The notes under the pieces: generated by a model
What the model saw: only the letters and a program-made list of their open reading frames with translations
The model's database searches: none
What the model was told of the DNA's origin: nothing
Position numbers and translations under genes: made by a program
Source: the human T2T-CHM13v2.0 reference genome, Homo sapiens
Strand: one strand, 5' to 3'
NCBI RefSeq assembly: GCF_009914755.1
Contig: NC_060935.1
Length of the DNA: 64,000 nt
Part shown: in pieces, positions 28,535 to 41,130 of the stretch
Position numbering within the stretch: position 1 is the first letter of the stretch
Layout: the number at the start of each line of letters is the position of its first letter

Positions 28535-28900
28535 CCTTTCTTTGGTTTGTTTCTGCTTTCTGAGTCTTGGTTTCCCAACAGAGGAGCCAGACTCATGTCT
28601 TCTCAGCCCCCTTTACAGCTGGGTCACGGAATAGGACTTGGCTCCTTCAATGAGATACCCCCAAAGCGGAATTTGATTTTGAAAGGGGGTACTATGAAAA
28701 AGCCCACTTTTTATATTACCCCTACAAGGGATAATTTGCAGGGATCCCTGCAAGGGATCCATTTTCAGGGGCAGCAGTGGTTAAGGTCCCGGCAGGGTCA
28801 GCGTGGAGTCTGTGCCTAGTGGTGCTGGCAGTGTCACCTCTGCAGGAGCAGCTGGGGATTGGGTGTTATTCTTGGTGGCAAAGTTTTCAATCTGATCCAG
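28535..28900. mobile_element. Old ERVL LTR relic (LTR33/LTR16-like)
   Basis: TCTCAGCCCCTTTACAGCTGGGTCAC..GGACTTGGCTCCTTCAATGAGATAC resembles the LTR16/33 core. Confidence 0.4.
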
Positions 28901-28909
28901 ATACTCAAT

Positions 28910-31900
28910 ATGCTTTAAATATTTTGAGGCATGTTAAATGGCCTAGGCTATGGTCTATCTTGGTATATATTCCACAGATGCTTGAAAAGAATGTGCATTA
29001 TGCTGTACCTGAGTGGAGAGTTCTATAAATGTTGATTAGACCCTTTTGGTTGATGGTGTTGTTAAGTTCTATATTCTCATTGATAATGTGTCTAGTTGTT
29101 CTCTATCAGTTGTTGAGAGACGGGTATTGAAGTCTCCAACTGTAACTGTGAACTTGTCTATTTCTCCTTTTAAGTTTTTACTCCATATATTTTGCAGCTC
29201 CATTGTTTGGTGCATACCTATTCAGGATTGCTATGTCTTCCTTCTGTATTGACCCTTTATCTTCATTATGTAATGTTCTTTCTACCTCTGGTAATCTTCT
29301 TTGCTTTGAAATTTACGTTATCAGATATTAATATAGCCACCTCGCTTGCTTTTGATTAAAGTTTGCGTGACTTTTTCTTCCCATCCTTTTTTACATTCAA
29401 TCTACCAATATCATTATTTGAAGTGAGACAACATATAGTGAAATCATATTTTATGATCCAGTCTAACAACCTCTGTCTTCTTTGTGTGTTTAATCTCTGT
29501 ATCTAGACCAACATTTAATGCAATTGCATTTAATGCAATTGTTGGTGTGTTAGGCCTTAAATATGCATTTTATTTTTTGTTTTTTTGTTTGTTCTCTGTT
29601 TTTGTTTCTCTGTTTTATTTTATCTGCCTTCCTGTGGTTTATTTGAACATTTTTAAAATTAAATTTTGATTTATTTGTTATGTTTTTGACTGTACCTCTT
29701 TGACAGCTTTTTTAGTGGTTGCTCTAAATTATATATATATGTGTTTATATACATGTACACACACATATAAAACTTTTATATGTATATTAAAAACTATATA
29801 TATACTTTTATATATACATAAAACTTGTTACAGTCACCTGGCATGGACATATACCTGTTCAAGTGAAGTATAAAAACATATCTCCCTTTATATCCTTTTA
29901 CTCCCTTCATTTATATTTTAAATATTTCCTTCAAATACACTTAAAAACATATTAGGCAATGTTATAATTTTTGCTTCAGTTATCAAATATAATTTAGAAA
30001 ACTCAAGAGAAAAAATGATTATAGATTTCACTTATATTTTTGCTGTTATGTTCTTTTTTCTTCCTAATAAAGGAAAAAGATTTCTTTTTTTGGTCTAAGA
30101 TTTCGTTTTTTGGTCTTCTTTTTTTTTTTTTTTTCTTTTTCTGTTCAGAGAAGTTTCTCCACCCATTCTTTTAGGGTAGGCCTGGTGGTGACAAGTTTTC
30201 TTCGTTTCCTTCATCTGAGAATGTCTTAATTTCTCATTCATTCCTGAAGGATATTTCTGCTGGATATTGGATTCTGAGTTGACAGTTCTTTTCTTTCAGC
30301 ATTTGAGTAATTTTTTCGTGCCACTCCCTTTTTTCTTCCTTAGTTTCTGATGAGAAATACAGTGTCCTTCAAATTGTTTTTCTTTTATAGGTATGGTGTT
30401 TCTCTCTAGCTGCTTTTAAGATTTTTGTCTTTGAATTTCAGAAGTTGACTATGATGTGTCTTGGAATGGATTTCTTTGGATTTATCTTGTTTTGGGTTTA
30501 TGGCTCAGCTTCTTCAATCTGTAGGTTTATGTCTTGCAAATTTGGGAAGTTTTCAGTCATTATCTCTTCAAATAATTCCTCAGGCCTGCCCTCTCTCTCC
30601 TTTCATTCTGGAATTCCCATGACATGCATTTAAATCTTTTCTGATAATTCTGTAAGTCCCTGAGGTGCTGTTGATTTTTTTTCATTCCAATTACGTCCCT
30701 GTTATTTAGACTGGGTTATTGCTGGATTACTATCAAGTCGGCTGTTTCTCTTCTCTGTGCCCTCCAATCTGTTGGTGAGCCCATTCATTAAGTTTTTAAA
30801 TTTTTTGGTCATTATATTTTCCAGTTTATCTTCTATTTATTTACTGTGACATTCTATTTCTTTGATGAAACTTTCTATTTCTTCACTTGTTTCAAGTATA
30901 TTTATAATTTGTACACTGAGGCACTTCAGTGATATTTGCTTGAAAATCTTTGCAGGTAATTCTGTTTCTGTTATTTTGATGTTGACATCTATTGATTATC
31001 TCTTTTACATTCAAGTTAAAATTTTCTTGATTCTTGGGGTGGAGAATTATTTTTTATGGGAAGTGGACACTTTGGTTATTATGTTATGCTACCCTGGATC
31101 TTATTGAAGCCTTCTGTTTTAGCTGGGCTTTATTTTATTGATACTGCTCTTGTAGAGGAAGTGGAGAGCTGCCTTGCTGGTCTACTGACACCTGAACTGG
31201 GGGAGGTTCCTCATTACAAGGGCAGGATTGGGAGTTTTGGTTCCCCACCAGGCCTTCACTGATACCACGCTGTCTGGGAAGGGTAGGAGTGCCTTGTTAC
31301 TGCTTGTCACATGTCGTCCACTGACACTGCAGTAAAGGGAAGTGGCCTCATTATGTCTGGGTGATGGTAAAGCCCTGACTTCTCCCTTAGCTCCTCTGAC
31401 ACCATCCTGCACAGAAGCAGAAAGGCACCCTGACATTGCTGGCTGGGGGTGGCGGTCCAGGCTCCCCATGGGAGATCCACCTACACTGTGGTAGGTGGGT
31501 GCTTGTTACCACTGGGTAGTGATGAAAGTCCCAGCTCTCTACTTGGCCTTCTCTGACACCACGCAGGCAAGGGGTGTTAAGGAGTAATAAGACAGCCTGG
31601 CAAGAGTGGAGGTCTAAGTTCCCCACTTGGCCTTTGCTGGCCCCGGTGAGGGTGGGCACAGTATTTTCTGCGATATTTGGCTGGACTAGAGCAGTTATTG
31701 CCTAAAAGTTTCCTGTCTTGCTACCTTCCCCCTTTCCTGGTCCTTGGCTAAAGAGAGTTGGCTTTTATTGGGACTTTTAATGTCTGTGCTCATTTGCATT
31801 TCTGGGTTACAGAATACATGCTTCACCTAAGCCTGGGATATAAGAGACAGAAAGCAAACCCAGAAATCTCATATCTGTGACTTTCCTGGGGTCCCAACTA

Positions 31901-32045
31901 CCTAGCTTGTCTGCCTTCCTCTATGCACCTTGCAGAATTTCCTTGTGATTCTTTTATATTGTCTATGGTTTTCAGACATACTTAGTGGGGGAAAGAGTGT
32001 GAAGTATACCTACTCCATTTCCCCAGAAACAGAAGTCCCAATATC
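28910..32045 (-). mobile_element. Ancient L1 (L1MC/L1MD-type): 5' UTR, ORF1 and start of ORF2, degenerate
   Basis: CTTGAAAAGAATGTG..GGGTATTGAAGTCTCCAACT (EN region); TTCATTCCTGAAGGATATTTCTGCTGGATA..TTTGGGAAGTTTTCAGTCATTAT (ORF1 region); GC-richer subrepeated 5' UTR 31150-31700. Confidence 0.85.
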
Positions 32046-32500
32046 CTTTGAAAGTTTCCTTTTTGCAGAAACTAGCCATACTGTGCTCTGTTGTTTGCAA
32101 TCAAGAACCCCAGCTGATACCCTTTCCTTTTGTGAAGGTCAGGAGCAGAGAAGAGCTGTCCCCTGAAGCTGAGAACATTGGTCTCATCAATAAGTTCCCA
32201 GAAGTGGTAGCCCTCTGCTTTGCCTATGAGTGACTTTCCTCTGTTTTCTCCAGATCACAACAGGTTATCTTCAGAACATGACCAAAAACATTCTCGTGAC
32301 TATTTTTCCCCTTTTTCTTTTTTTCAGATCTAGACCGGCAGATACTTTCTATTTTTTTAATTTCACAAGTAATACTTGTTGCTTATAGAAAATTTAGAAC
32401 ATATAGATAAGTGAAACAGAGACCACCTACATCAGAATAGCTACTGCTAATCTATGATATATAAATATTTTGTCTACATATGTGTAATATAAATATAATA

Positions 32501-32867
32501 CAGATACTCTTTGAACTTACAATGAAATTACATTCAGATAAGCTCACTGTGAATTGAAAATATTCTAAGTCAGAAATGCATTCAATGTGCCTAACCCACC
32601 AAATATCATAGCTTCACCTAGCCTATCTTAAATGTGTTCAGAACACTGACGTTAGCCTACAGTTGGGCAAAATAACCTACCATAAAGCCAATTTTATAAT
32701 AAAGTATTGAACATATCATGTAATTTATTGAGTACTGTACTGAAAGTGAAAAAAGGTTGCTCATATGGGTACTCGAAGTATGGTTTCTACTGAATGCTTA
32801 TCATTTTTTGCACCATTGTAAAGTAAAAAAATCATAAGTCAAACCATTTTAAGTCAGGAACTGTCTG
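32501..32867 (+). mobile_element. MER47A (Tigger MITE), full length
   Basis: CAGATACTCTTTGAACTTACAATG..AGCCTACAGTTGGGCAAAAT..AAGTCAGGAACTGTCTG; TA duplication on both sides; 367 bp. Confidence 0.9.
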
Positions 32868-32869
32868 TA

Positions 32870-33230
32870 TATTATTATATCTATGCAATAAAATATACCA
32901 TATGCTATACTTTTTGTTTAGCAACTTGCTTTTTCACTTAACCAGATATCTTAACATCTTTTCACTGCAATAAATATAGTTTTAGATAATCATTTTTGAT
33001 GGTTACATAATATTCAATTGTAAGAACATAGTTATTTACATATCTGTTCTGTAATGTAGAATACAGAGACTATTTCCAATTTTTTCCATTGTACACAATT
33101 CTGCATGGGACTTCTTTGTAGATAGTCATTGTGCACTTATCTGATTATTTTAAGATAATCCCCTAGGAATGGAATTGCTGGGCTATAGGGAATGCACATT
33201 TTTGAAAAGATATCTTTTGATATGTAACTT
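32870..33230 (-). mobile_element. L1ME-type fragment (also continues left of MER47A)
   Basis: ACTTGCTTTTTCACTTAAC..TATTTCCAATTTTT..CCTAGGAATGGAATTGCTGGG. Confidence 0.7.
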
Positions 33231-34509
33231 CACCTAGCCTCCCTATCCTGCTTTTAGTCCTAATCCCATTTCTTGGCTCTTATTTGACTCCAGAGTGATC
33301 TCATTCACAGAGCACCCATGGTGCCTCCTTCAGAGGCCCCTCTACTTCTTTCTGTCCACAAGCGCTAGTTTGCAATAGGATGACATGTGAAAAGTTAATG
33401 CACATGCTACCACACCTTCCATCTTCCACTTTATCACATCCTAAGGGCCTTTCTTCATTCATGACATGGTGTAACTTCTGCACAAAGGTGGCAAGTGTTT
33501 AATTTTAGGTTCAAGTGCTAAAGGATCCAGATGTAAGAAGCAAGATTTGGGAAGTAGATGTGATCAGTCAGTTCCTTCCCTCACCACTGACCTCCGACCT
33601 TCTGGGAATAAAAAAGGTAGAGATGAAGTAAAGGGGCTAGGCATGAGTGTGAGTGGCCCTACTTCGTGTCCCCCTCCAAAGAGGAAGGTGTAACTTGGCA
33701 ACAGGGGCATGGTGGTCCTATTTGTTTGAACAAAATTTTCAACGATGGCCAATATCATGTAAAGCCAGTAAAAGTAAAAACCAGCTGGTGGGGTAGGGAG
33801 GAAGTTTCCCATCAACTCTGAGGTTCATGAGGGTCCTCCAGGGAACCCCTAGGAGTCAGCAGATCTAGGGCTGCCATGAATGGTTGTGTAGTGTGCATAC
33901 TGCACAAATGTGCTGGCCAAGGGGTCGTGGAATTGAAATCCACCTCATCTTTCATTATCAAGAGTTGGGCTCTGGTAGAGGACTGTGCCCATCTAGGTAA
34001 AGGGATGCCCTTTTCTTTGTACAAAGTACAATCTGCTTATAAACCATGTACCCACACAGCAGCATGTACCCAGAGGAGGTTTCTTTTCAAATTCTTCCGC
34101 CTAAATGGGGCACCGTTTTTATACAGGCCGCATAAAGGCAGATGATGCTTCTGCATGAATATACTTCGAAAACCGCAATAAGTATTTACCAGTGCATAGA
34201 ATTTGGCCTTCTATGTTGAGTCCCCAGTTTGCTAGTAAATTTCAAAACAAGTTCAGTACATTTCCTTGTCCCGAACTTAGAACATGACAGGTTGGGTGTG
34301 GGCAAGAGGCCAACAGCCTGTCGGAAGAGCAGTGACTGATATTGTCACTAAACTATGGAGAAACGTGCTAGGCAAGACCTTATCTTTGCAGAATCTTCTG
34401 TTGTGATATTTTGGGGATCTATATATCTCAACACAAGGAGACCAAGGGAACCCTTCAGTGAAACACCCTTATTTTGCAATCCGAAAATGATGACACTGAG
34501 AAATGGTAG

Positions 34510-34886
<377 letters not shown>

Positions 34887-36542
34887 GGCCCCAGGATTCT
34901 TTATTTGGCTTTATGATTATGGGAATCACATTGCCAAAGAAATGATGGGGTCTTCCTCACTGGTCTCTTTCCCCAAAAGGTAGATATATACTTCTTGGAA
35001 ATGTTCTAGGCATGGTCCTACCTCCAGGGAGGAGTATGCCTTACACCACATGGGAAGTCTGGGAATGTGCCCTCCTATGATGTCAATGAAAGGGGCAATC
35101 TCTATATCAATGGCTTCTGCAGCACAAAATGTCATCTTATTCTTGCCCTGGTGCTAACTCAGCCATATCTACTTCCTGGGCTGCAACATGGCCACTCCAA
35201 ACAACAAAAACAGTAATAATAACAACACTAATGGCGGTAAACACCATCATCATCTTGCTTGGTCGAAGCAGAGCACCTTTGATCTGGGGATCTCCAAGCA
35301 TGTTGCCAACATGATCCAGTGGCTAGTGTCATTATCTCCCTTTTACAGACAGAGAAAATGAGACACAAGAAGTTTAAGCCAGAAGCTCAAGGTCATGTGG
35401 GGTATTATTAGTTGGGGCATGTGAAGAGCTCAGATTGTTAGTTCTGAAATAAAAGCTCAAGGCACTTAACAGGCTTTTGGTTGGCAATGGCCACTCTTTA
35501 TGAAGACTGTATATTTTTATAAACTATGCCATAAAAGTAAATGCCAATCATTAGATTTTATTTCAAGCATGTCTTCCACAATCTTAAATGCAGTGAGCAT
35601 GTGGCGGAACTTCCCCAGCTCTGAGTAACCAATTCCACATATATCTCCTCTCTAACACTCAGGTAGGTCTCTAGTGGCTCAGGAAGGTGAGCCTAATCTT
35701 CTCTACCAAGACTCAAGGTGGGCATTATGTGGCAGAGGAAGCACTGGCCAGAGTCTCAGGGACCTCAGTTTGAAACACAGCTCTCCCTTTATTGGCTGTG
35801 CCACCTTAGAGAAAGCATTTATATTCTCTGGGCCCCCTCCTTCAACTGTCATGTGAAGAATTTGCATGAAATAATTTATGTTATGTTTTAAAAATGAATT
35901 CATAGTTTCATGAAAATTCATCCTACTACATTTTTTTTTTTGTTTTGTTTTCAAGCTTTTTCCCAGAGGACTCAGAGAACCTGCCTTTTCCTAGGTTTGA
36001 GCCTTTGAATTGAGTATTCCACATCTTCTTCTTTGTTGCTATATTATCAATCATTTTTCAAAGAGTTTCAAATTTTTGAAAGCAACAAAGATTCAGTCAT
36101 AGATCAGGGAAAGAAATAGACACCAATCCAGGTATTTCAAGCAGAGAGGGATTCATTTCAGGGAATTAGGAGCTTAAAGAACTGTTGTTAAGGGCTGGGG
36201 GAGTGGAAGTCTGGATAGGTATCATTGCACTATCCCAAAGACATTCCACTGTAGCTGTGATCTAAATGTTATGGAACTGCTGCCCCTGATGTTTTCACTA
36301 TGAGTGCCTCTGGCACTCATGGCACAGGTGACTGGACATTGGAATGAGAACTCTCTAAGCACTCATGTCTCTATTATATTGATGCTTCACACAAGGGCAT
36401 TATTGGGGGAATCTAATTTGCCTCTAGAACCATGCCTTTAGGGGTATATTGATTTTTTTTCTAGCTCCTGAGTTACAGAGAATGGGAAATTACTGCCAAC
36501 AGTCCTATTTAGCACAAACACTGCAAATGTCACCTTCCCTGG

Positions 36543-36910
36543 TATATTAGTCAGGATAAGTTCTGCTATGCTGTAGTCATAAACAACCTTAAAATTTCAG
36601 TGACTTAATAGGACAAATGTTGATTTCTCACTCACCAAATATCTGGTGCAGGCTGGGTGACCTTCCTCCTTGTTATAGGCATATCATCTTCTAGAACAAA
36701 TGACCTTCAAGACATCAAGGCAGGAGAAGAAAGAGAGAGATGGAGCAGGCACAGGTATCATTAAGCACTTCAGCTCAGGAGTGGCACGTGTCACTTATGC
36801 CTGTAATTTGTGTCCAAAACTAGTCATGTGGCTCACCTAGCTGTGAGGCAGGCTGGGAATACTGGGAAGCACATGGAATATTTGGTTAGCACTAGCTGTT
36901 TCTATTACTC
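36543..36910 (-). mobile_element. MaLR LTR (MLT1I/J-like)
   Basis: TATTAGTCAGGATAAG..GCTATGCTGTAGT..AAACAACCTTAAAATTTCAGTGACTTAA..AACTAGTCATGTGGC..GGCTGGGAA. Confidence 0.75.
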
Positions 36911-38452
36911 ATGGTAAAAAGAGGAGGTGTTTCGGTTTCAAGCTGGGGTGAGCCTGGTTCTCAATCTTTCTTTCCTTCTCTGAAAGTGCCAGAAGACACA
37001 GATTTTAGAGCTTCTCCAATGCCAATCTGAACACATGGCTTATTAGGTGTTTTGGAACCATAACCTGTAGATCTGTGTGGCATCTTTGGAGAATCAGCAA
37101 AAATGTTCCTTCTCTATAAATAACTCTCTGACTGATCTAATTTGGCACCTAAAATTTCCACCATTAATATGCTGTTTTTGAGCTACCTTAAGGATATGCA
37201 TATTTCAGTAGGTAGGTTAAGCAATGAGTCATCTTGGATTATACTGGCACACTTTCAGGGAGCAGCATGTGGGATGAATGTGCTGAAGGCATGTATGGAG
37301 GGATGAGAAAGGAAAATTGGTGTTAGGGGATCGTCTGGATCAGCAAGAGGGCTCTGGGGACCAGAAAGGAGAGGACTGGATACCCCAAGGGAGAAGAGAA
37401 GGAGGCTTCATAAAGATTCTACACATCCCACCTTTGCCAAGGCCTGGATGTGCTGGGTCCTCCAGGGCACCTACATCTTTACCCAATCTCGTCCAATAAG
37501 GTCACAGATTCTCTGGACTGAGCCTGCTTTTAGAAGATAAACTCAGAAAGATCCATCCAACTAAAGTGTAGCGAAGAGAAATGAGGTTGAAATGTATTAG
37601 TTGATTAATCTCCCCTGGCTTAGAGGGCAGCAGGTCTGCCCGTGGGATTAGAAGATGGATTTTAAATCCTGACTCAGCCACCCACTCACTGAAGTTCCCA
37701 TGGACTTGTAAAACAGCCATGTGACCTCAGGCAAGGCGCTTAATGTTGCTGCACCTCTATTGGAAGAATTCAGTGAGGAATGCGTGATAGGGCCAAGGTA
37801 GAGACTTAACAGATCCAAGCTCAGCATCCCTTCCCATATTTATTTCTGTAAAATAAGGTGTGTGAACCAGATCTTTCTCTAGAGTCCTGGATCTCCATGG
37901 TTTTCTTAAGGGACAGAGGAGATGGGGAGGAGGCTGATTGGAGAACAGCATCTGGACTCTCCAGTCTTGTTTAAACCTGAGAAATCCCAGGTAAGATTTA
38001 GTTCGGAAAAAAAATGTGTTTTGCTGTGAAAATGAACTCTGAAATCCTCTGGAGTGGGTGATCACCAGAATTTCTTTTCACTAACACATTACCATCCCAA
38101 GAAATAGTAATGTTTATGAAAATGCCTTAAAATGATAACACACTATACAAATGTAAAGCTATATTATTGTCACTATCATTTTTCATTGTGGTTTTAGCTT
38201 GAATTTTGGTTAGAACAGGTCATAGTATCAGCCTCCATAACTCTTCCCAATAGCTCCACTAAATTATTGCAAAGCCCATTTAAAGTGAGATTGTTCAGAA
38301 TGACATGAGAGGCTCCTATCTTTTCTTAGGAAGGAATGTATTTTTGCAGTTCATCTCTCAATGCATTTATTGATATTACCATATCTAATATAGTGATAGG
38401 GTGTTTCTGTCTGTCTCTATCTGTCTCTGTCTCTCTTAAAAACAAGATTATT

Positions 38453-38585
38453 GACAGGGCGTGGTGGTGCGGACCTGCAGTCCCAGCTACTCAGAAAGCT
38501 GAGGAGGCAAGATCGTTGGAGCCCAGGAATTCACGACCAGTCTGGGCAACATAGTGAAGCCCTGTCTGTAAAAATGAAAACAAAA
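38453..38585 (+). mobile_element. FLAM_A Alu monomer
   Basis: Single monomer GGGCGTGGTGGTG..GTCCCAGCTACTC..GAGCCCAGGAATTC..GGGCAACATAGTGA; TSD-like AAGATTAT. Confidence 0.85.
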
Positions 38586-38962
38586 AGATTATCAAGGTGT
38601 TGTTTCAAAAGCGTTTATAAATATTTTACCATTTGTATAAAATTTCAAACCATACAACTAATGCTAAATATTGCTAATGGATACTTGAATATATGATAAA
38701 ATATAAAACAGGTGTGGAAATAATGAACCCACAATTCAGGAAAATGCTTAAAACAATTCAACATCTGGAAACCACTCATGGCATGGAGTAGGTACTCAAT
38801 AAATACTGTTAAATAAACAACTGGCACTTTTTGGGGAAGGTGGAAGAATAAAAGTAAGGGAGGTGTGCTGAGACTTCAATTTTAATATCTTATTTCTTAG
38901 GTTGAGTGTTACACAGGCATTTGTAATCATATATACTTTTGTACACTTGAAATATATATATT

Positions 38963-39262
38963 TGTGTGTGTGTGTGTGTGTGTGTCAGAGTCTCACTCTG
39001 TCTCCCAGGCTGGAGTGCAGTGGTGTGATCTTGGCTCATTGCAACCTCCACCTCCCAGGTTCAAGAGCTTTTTGTGCCTCCATCTCCTGAGTAGCTGAGA
39101 CTACAGGCAAGCACCACCACACCGGCTAATTTTTGTATTTTTAGTAGAGATGGGGTTTCACCATGTTGCCCAGGCTGGTCTCAAATTCCTGGCCTCAAGT
39201 GATCCAGTCACCTTGGCCTCCCAAAGTGCTGGAATTACAGGCGTGAGCCACCATGCCCGGTC
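38963..39262 (-). mobile_element. Alu (AluS/J) whose tail has become (TG)n
   Basis: Alu dimer 38986-39262 abutting (TG)11; TSD-like TGAAATAT. Confidence 0.92.
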
Positions 39263-40174
39263 TGAAATATTTCAAAATGTAAAAAAGCTAAACCCAAATC
39301 CAGATGTCTACTTTCAAGGTGCTCACAGGTCAGATCTAGGATTATTGCTACTAACTGATATTTATTATCCCAGCACCAGCATGTTTGGCTGTGTGTCATG
39401 GGTAAGTTACTCACCTTCTCTGCGACAGTGTCATCATTGTAAAATAGGGATAAAAGAGTTTAGACCTTGCAGAGTCCTTCAGATTAAAGGAGATAATCAG
39501 TACGTGGCACTGAGTACCTGCAATATATTAAGTGGTGTGTGCTCAGAGATATGATCACATACAGTATCTTGGATCTGCCCAGCAACTCTATGAAGATGAG
39601 GAAACAGACTCAGGCAGGTCAGAGCCAGAACATAATGTTTCTGGAATTTGAACGTAAACGTTCCCCTTTCTCTTATCCAGGCTGAGTGCTAAAGGAATTG
39701 TAAAAATGGAATTTGCCTGTTGCCTGCATCTCCCTCTCTTTTTCTTCCTCTGTGTCCTCTGAATATCTAGCACCAGTGGGACTTTACAGTGTTGGCCTCA
39801 ATGCTGTAGGGTGCTGTGTGCACACTTGTCTTCAGCTCCCTGAGTTAGCAGAGCATTGCCCCAACTCTGCCCTCTGGCCAGCTCATGTGCCTTACAACTT
39901 TCTGTTGCCAGAAGAGAGCCCTGCTCATTCTCTAGACTCAACCAACAAAAGCTGCCTACCATTTTCAGAATGCCAGTGGGCAGTGAGAAGTGCAGAGCTT
40001 GTGTCCTGAGCTTGGCAGCCATCTTGCTTGGTGTTAACAAAGAGTAATTAAGTGATCTCATAAAACTCAGTGGTGGAGGTTGTGGTTCAGAGCAAGCTGG
40101 GTCAATGCCAAGGCTACTTTGGCTTCATCTGGTCCATAGCCCCACATTTCTCTTCTGATGGTTCAGTTCCGGGA

Positions 40175-40378
40175 ATGAGAACCAGTCTGAGTGTAAGAAG
40201 ACTTGGGTTTGAATCTGTCTCCTCCAATCACTAGCTGACCTTAGAAAAGTGACTTAACCTCCCGAGCTGCTATTTCCTCATCTTAAATGGTGATAGTAAT
40301 CTTTCCTTACCTTAAGGTTGTTGAGCAGCTTAAATAATATAATGAGTTGAAAGCTTTTTGTATGATCTGTTATTAGGA
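40175..40378 (+). mobile_element. MIR
   Basis: ACTTGGGTTTGAATC..CACTAGCTGACCTTAGAAAAGTGACTTAACCTC..TTTCCTCATCTTAAATGG. Confidence 0.8.
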
Positions 40379-40660
40379 GTCCAGATAGTGTTTTATAAAC
40401 AAGAGGATAAAAAAAAAAAAAAAAAAAAAACAGGATTCTGAAGGCTGGACTCATTGCATTCCTTGCAAACTACCCACTGAGCCCCAACTCTTCCGTCAGC
40501 TCAAAGTCACTTCTCAGAGCAAACCAGATTGTCCTGAACCCAGCACTTGCCAACATCTCCTCCTCTTCCCTGATGAAAACTCTGGGCTGGAGTTGTGGTG
40601 GGTGAGGGGAAGGCAGGATAAATAAAAAATTGATGTTTTAAGAAAACTATGGTATTCTTG

Positions 40661-40879
40661 GATGCAAAGGCATGAGAATGATACCTTAGACTTTGGGGCT
40701 TGGGGAAAAGGGTGCGGGGTGGCGAGGGATAAAAGACTACACATTGGGTTTAGTGTACACTGCTCGGGTTATGGGTGCACCAAAATCTCAGAAATCACCA
40801 CTAAAGAACTGATTCAGGTAATCAAACACCACCTGTTCCCCAAAAACCTATTGAAATAAAAACAGAAAATTAAAAAAAA
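40661..40879 (+). mobile_element. 5'-truncated L1PB insertion with long TSD
   Basis: GGATGCAAAGGCATGAGAATGATAC..GGGTGCACCAAAATCTCAGAAATCACCACTAAAGAAC..CCTATTGAAATAAAA; TSD AAGAAAAC(C)TATGGTATTCTTGGA at 40640 and 40878. Confidence 0.92.
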
Positions 40880-40904
40880 GAAAACCTATGGTATTCTTGG
40901 AAGA

Positions 40905-41130
40905 AGCACAGTGGTGAAGTGGAGTAGACACAGATGTGGAAGTGATGTGAACTTTGGTAAGTTGCTGAGCCTCTGAGGATGATTTCCCTCATCTGTCAAT
41001 CAGGGAACAAAATCCCTTACTTGTACAATGAGTATTATAAAGATCAATTCAGATGACGCATGTAAAGATGCAATGTGGGACTGGTAGGTAGTAAGCATCC
41101 CATAAATGGCAGCTATTAATAAGTAATAAT
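40905..41130 (+). mobile_element. MIR
   Basis: TGTGAACTTTGGTAAGTTGCTGAGCCTCTGAG..TTTCCCTCATCTGTCAA..GCATGTAAAG..ATAAATGGCAGCTATTA. Confidence 0.75.
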
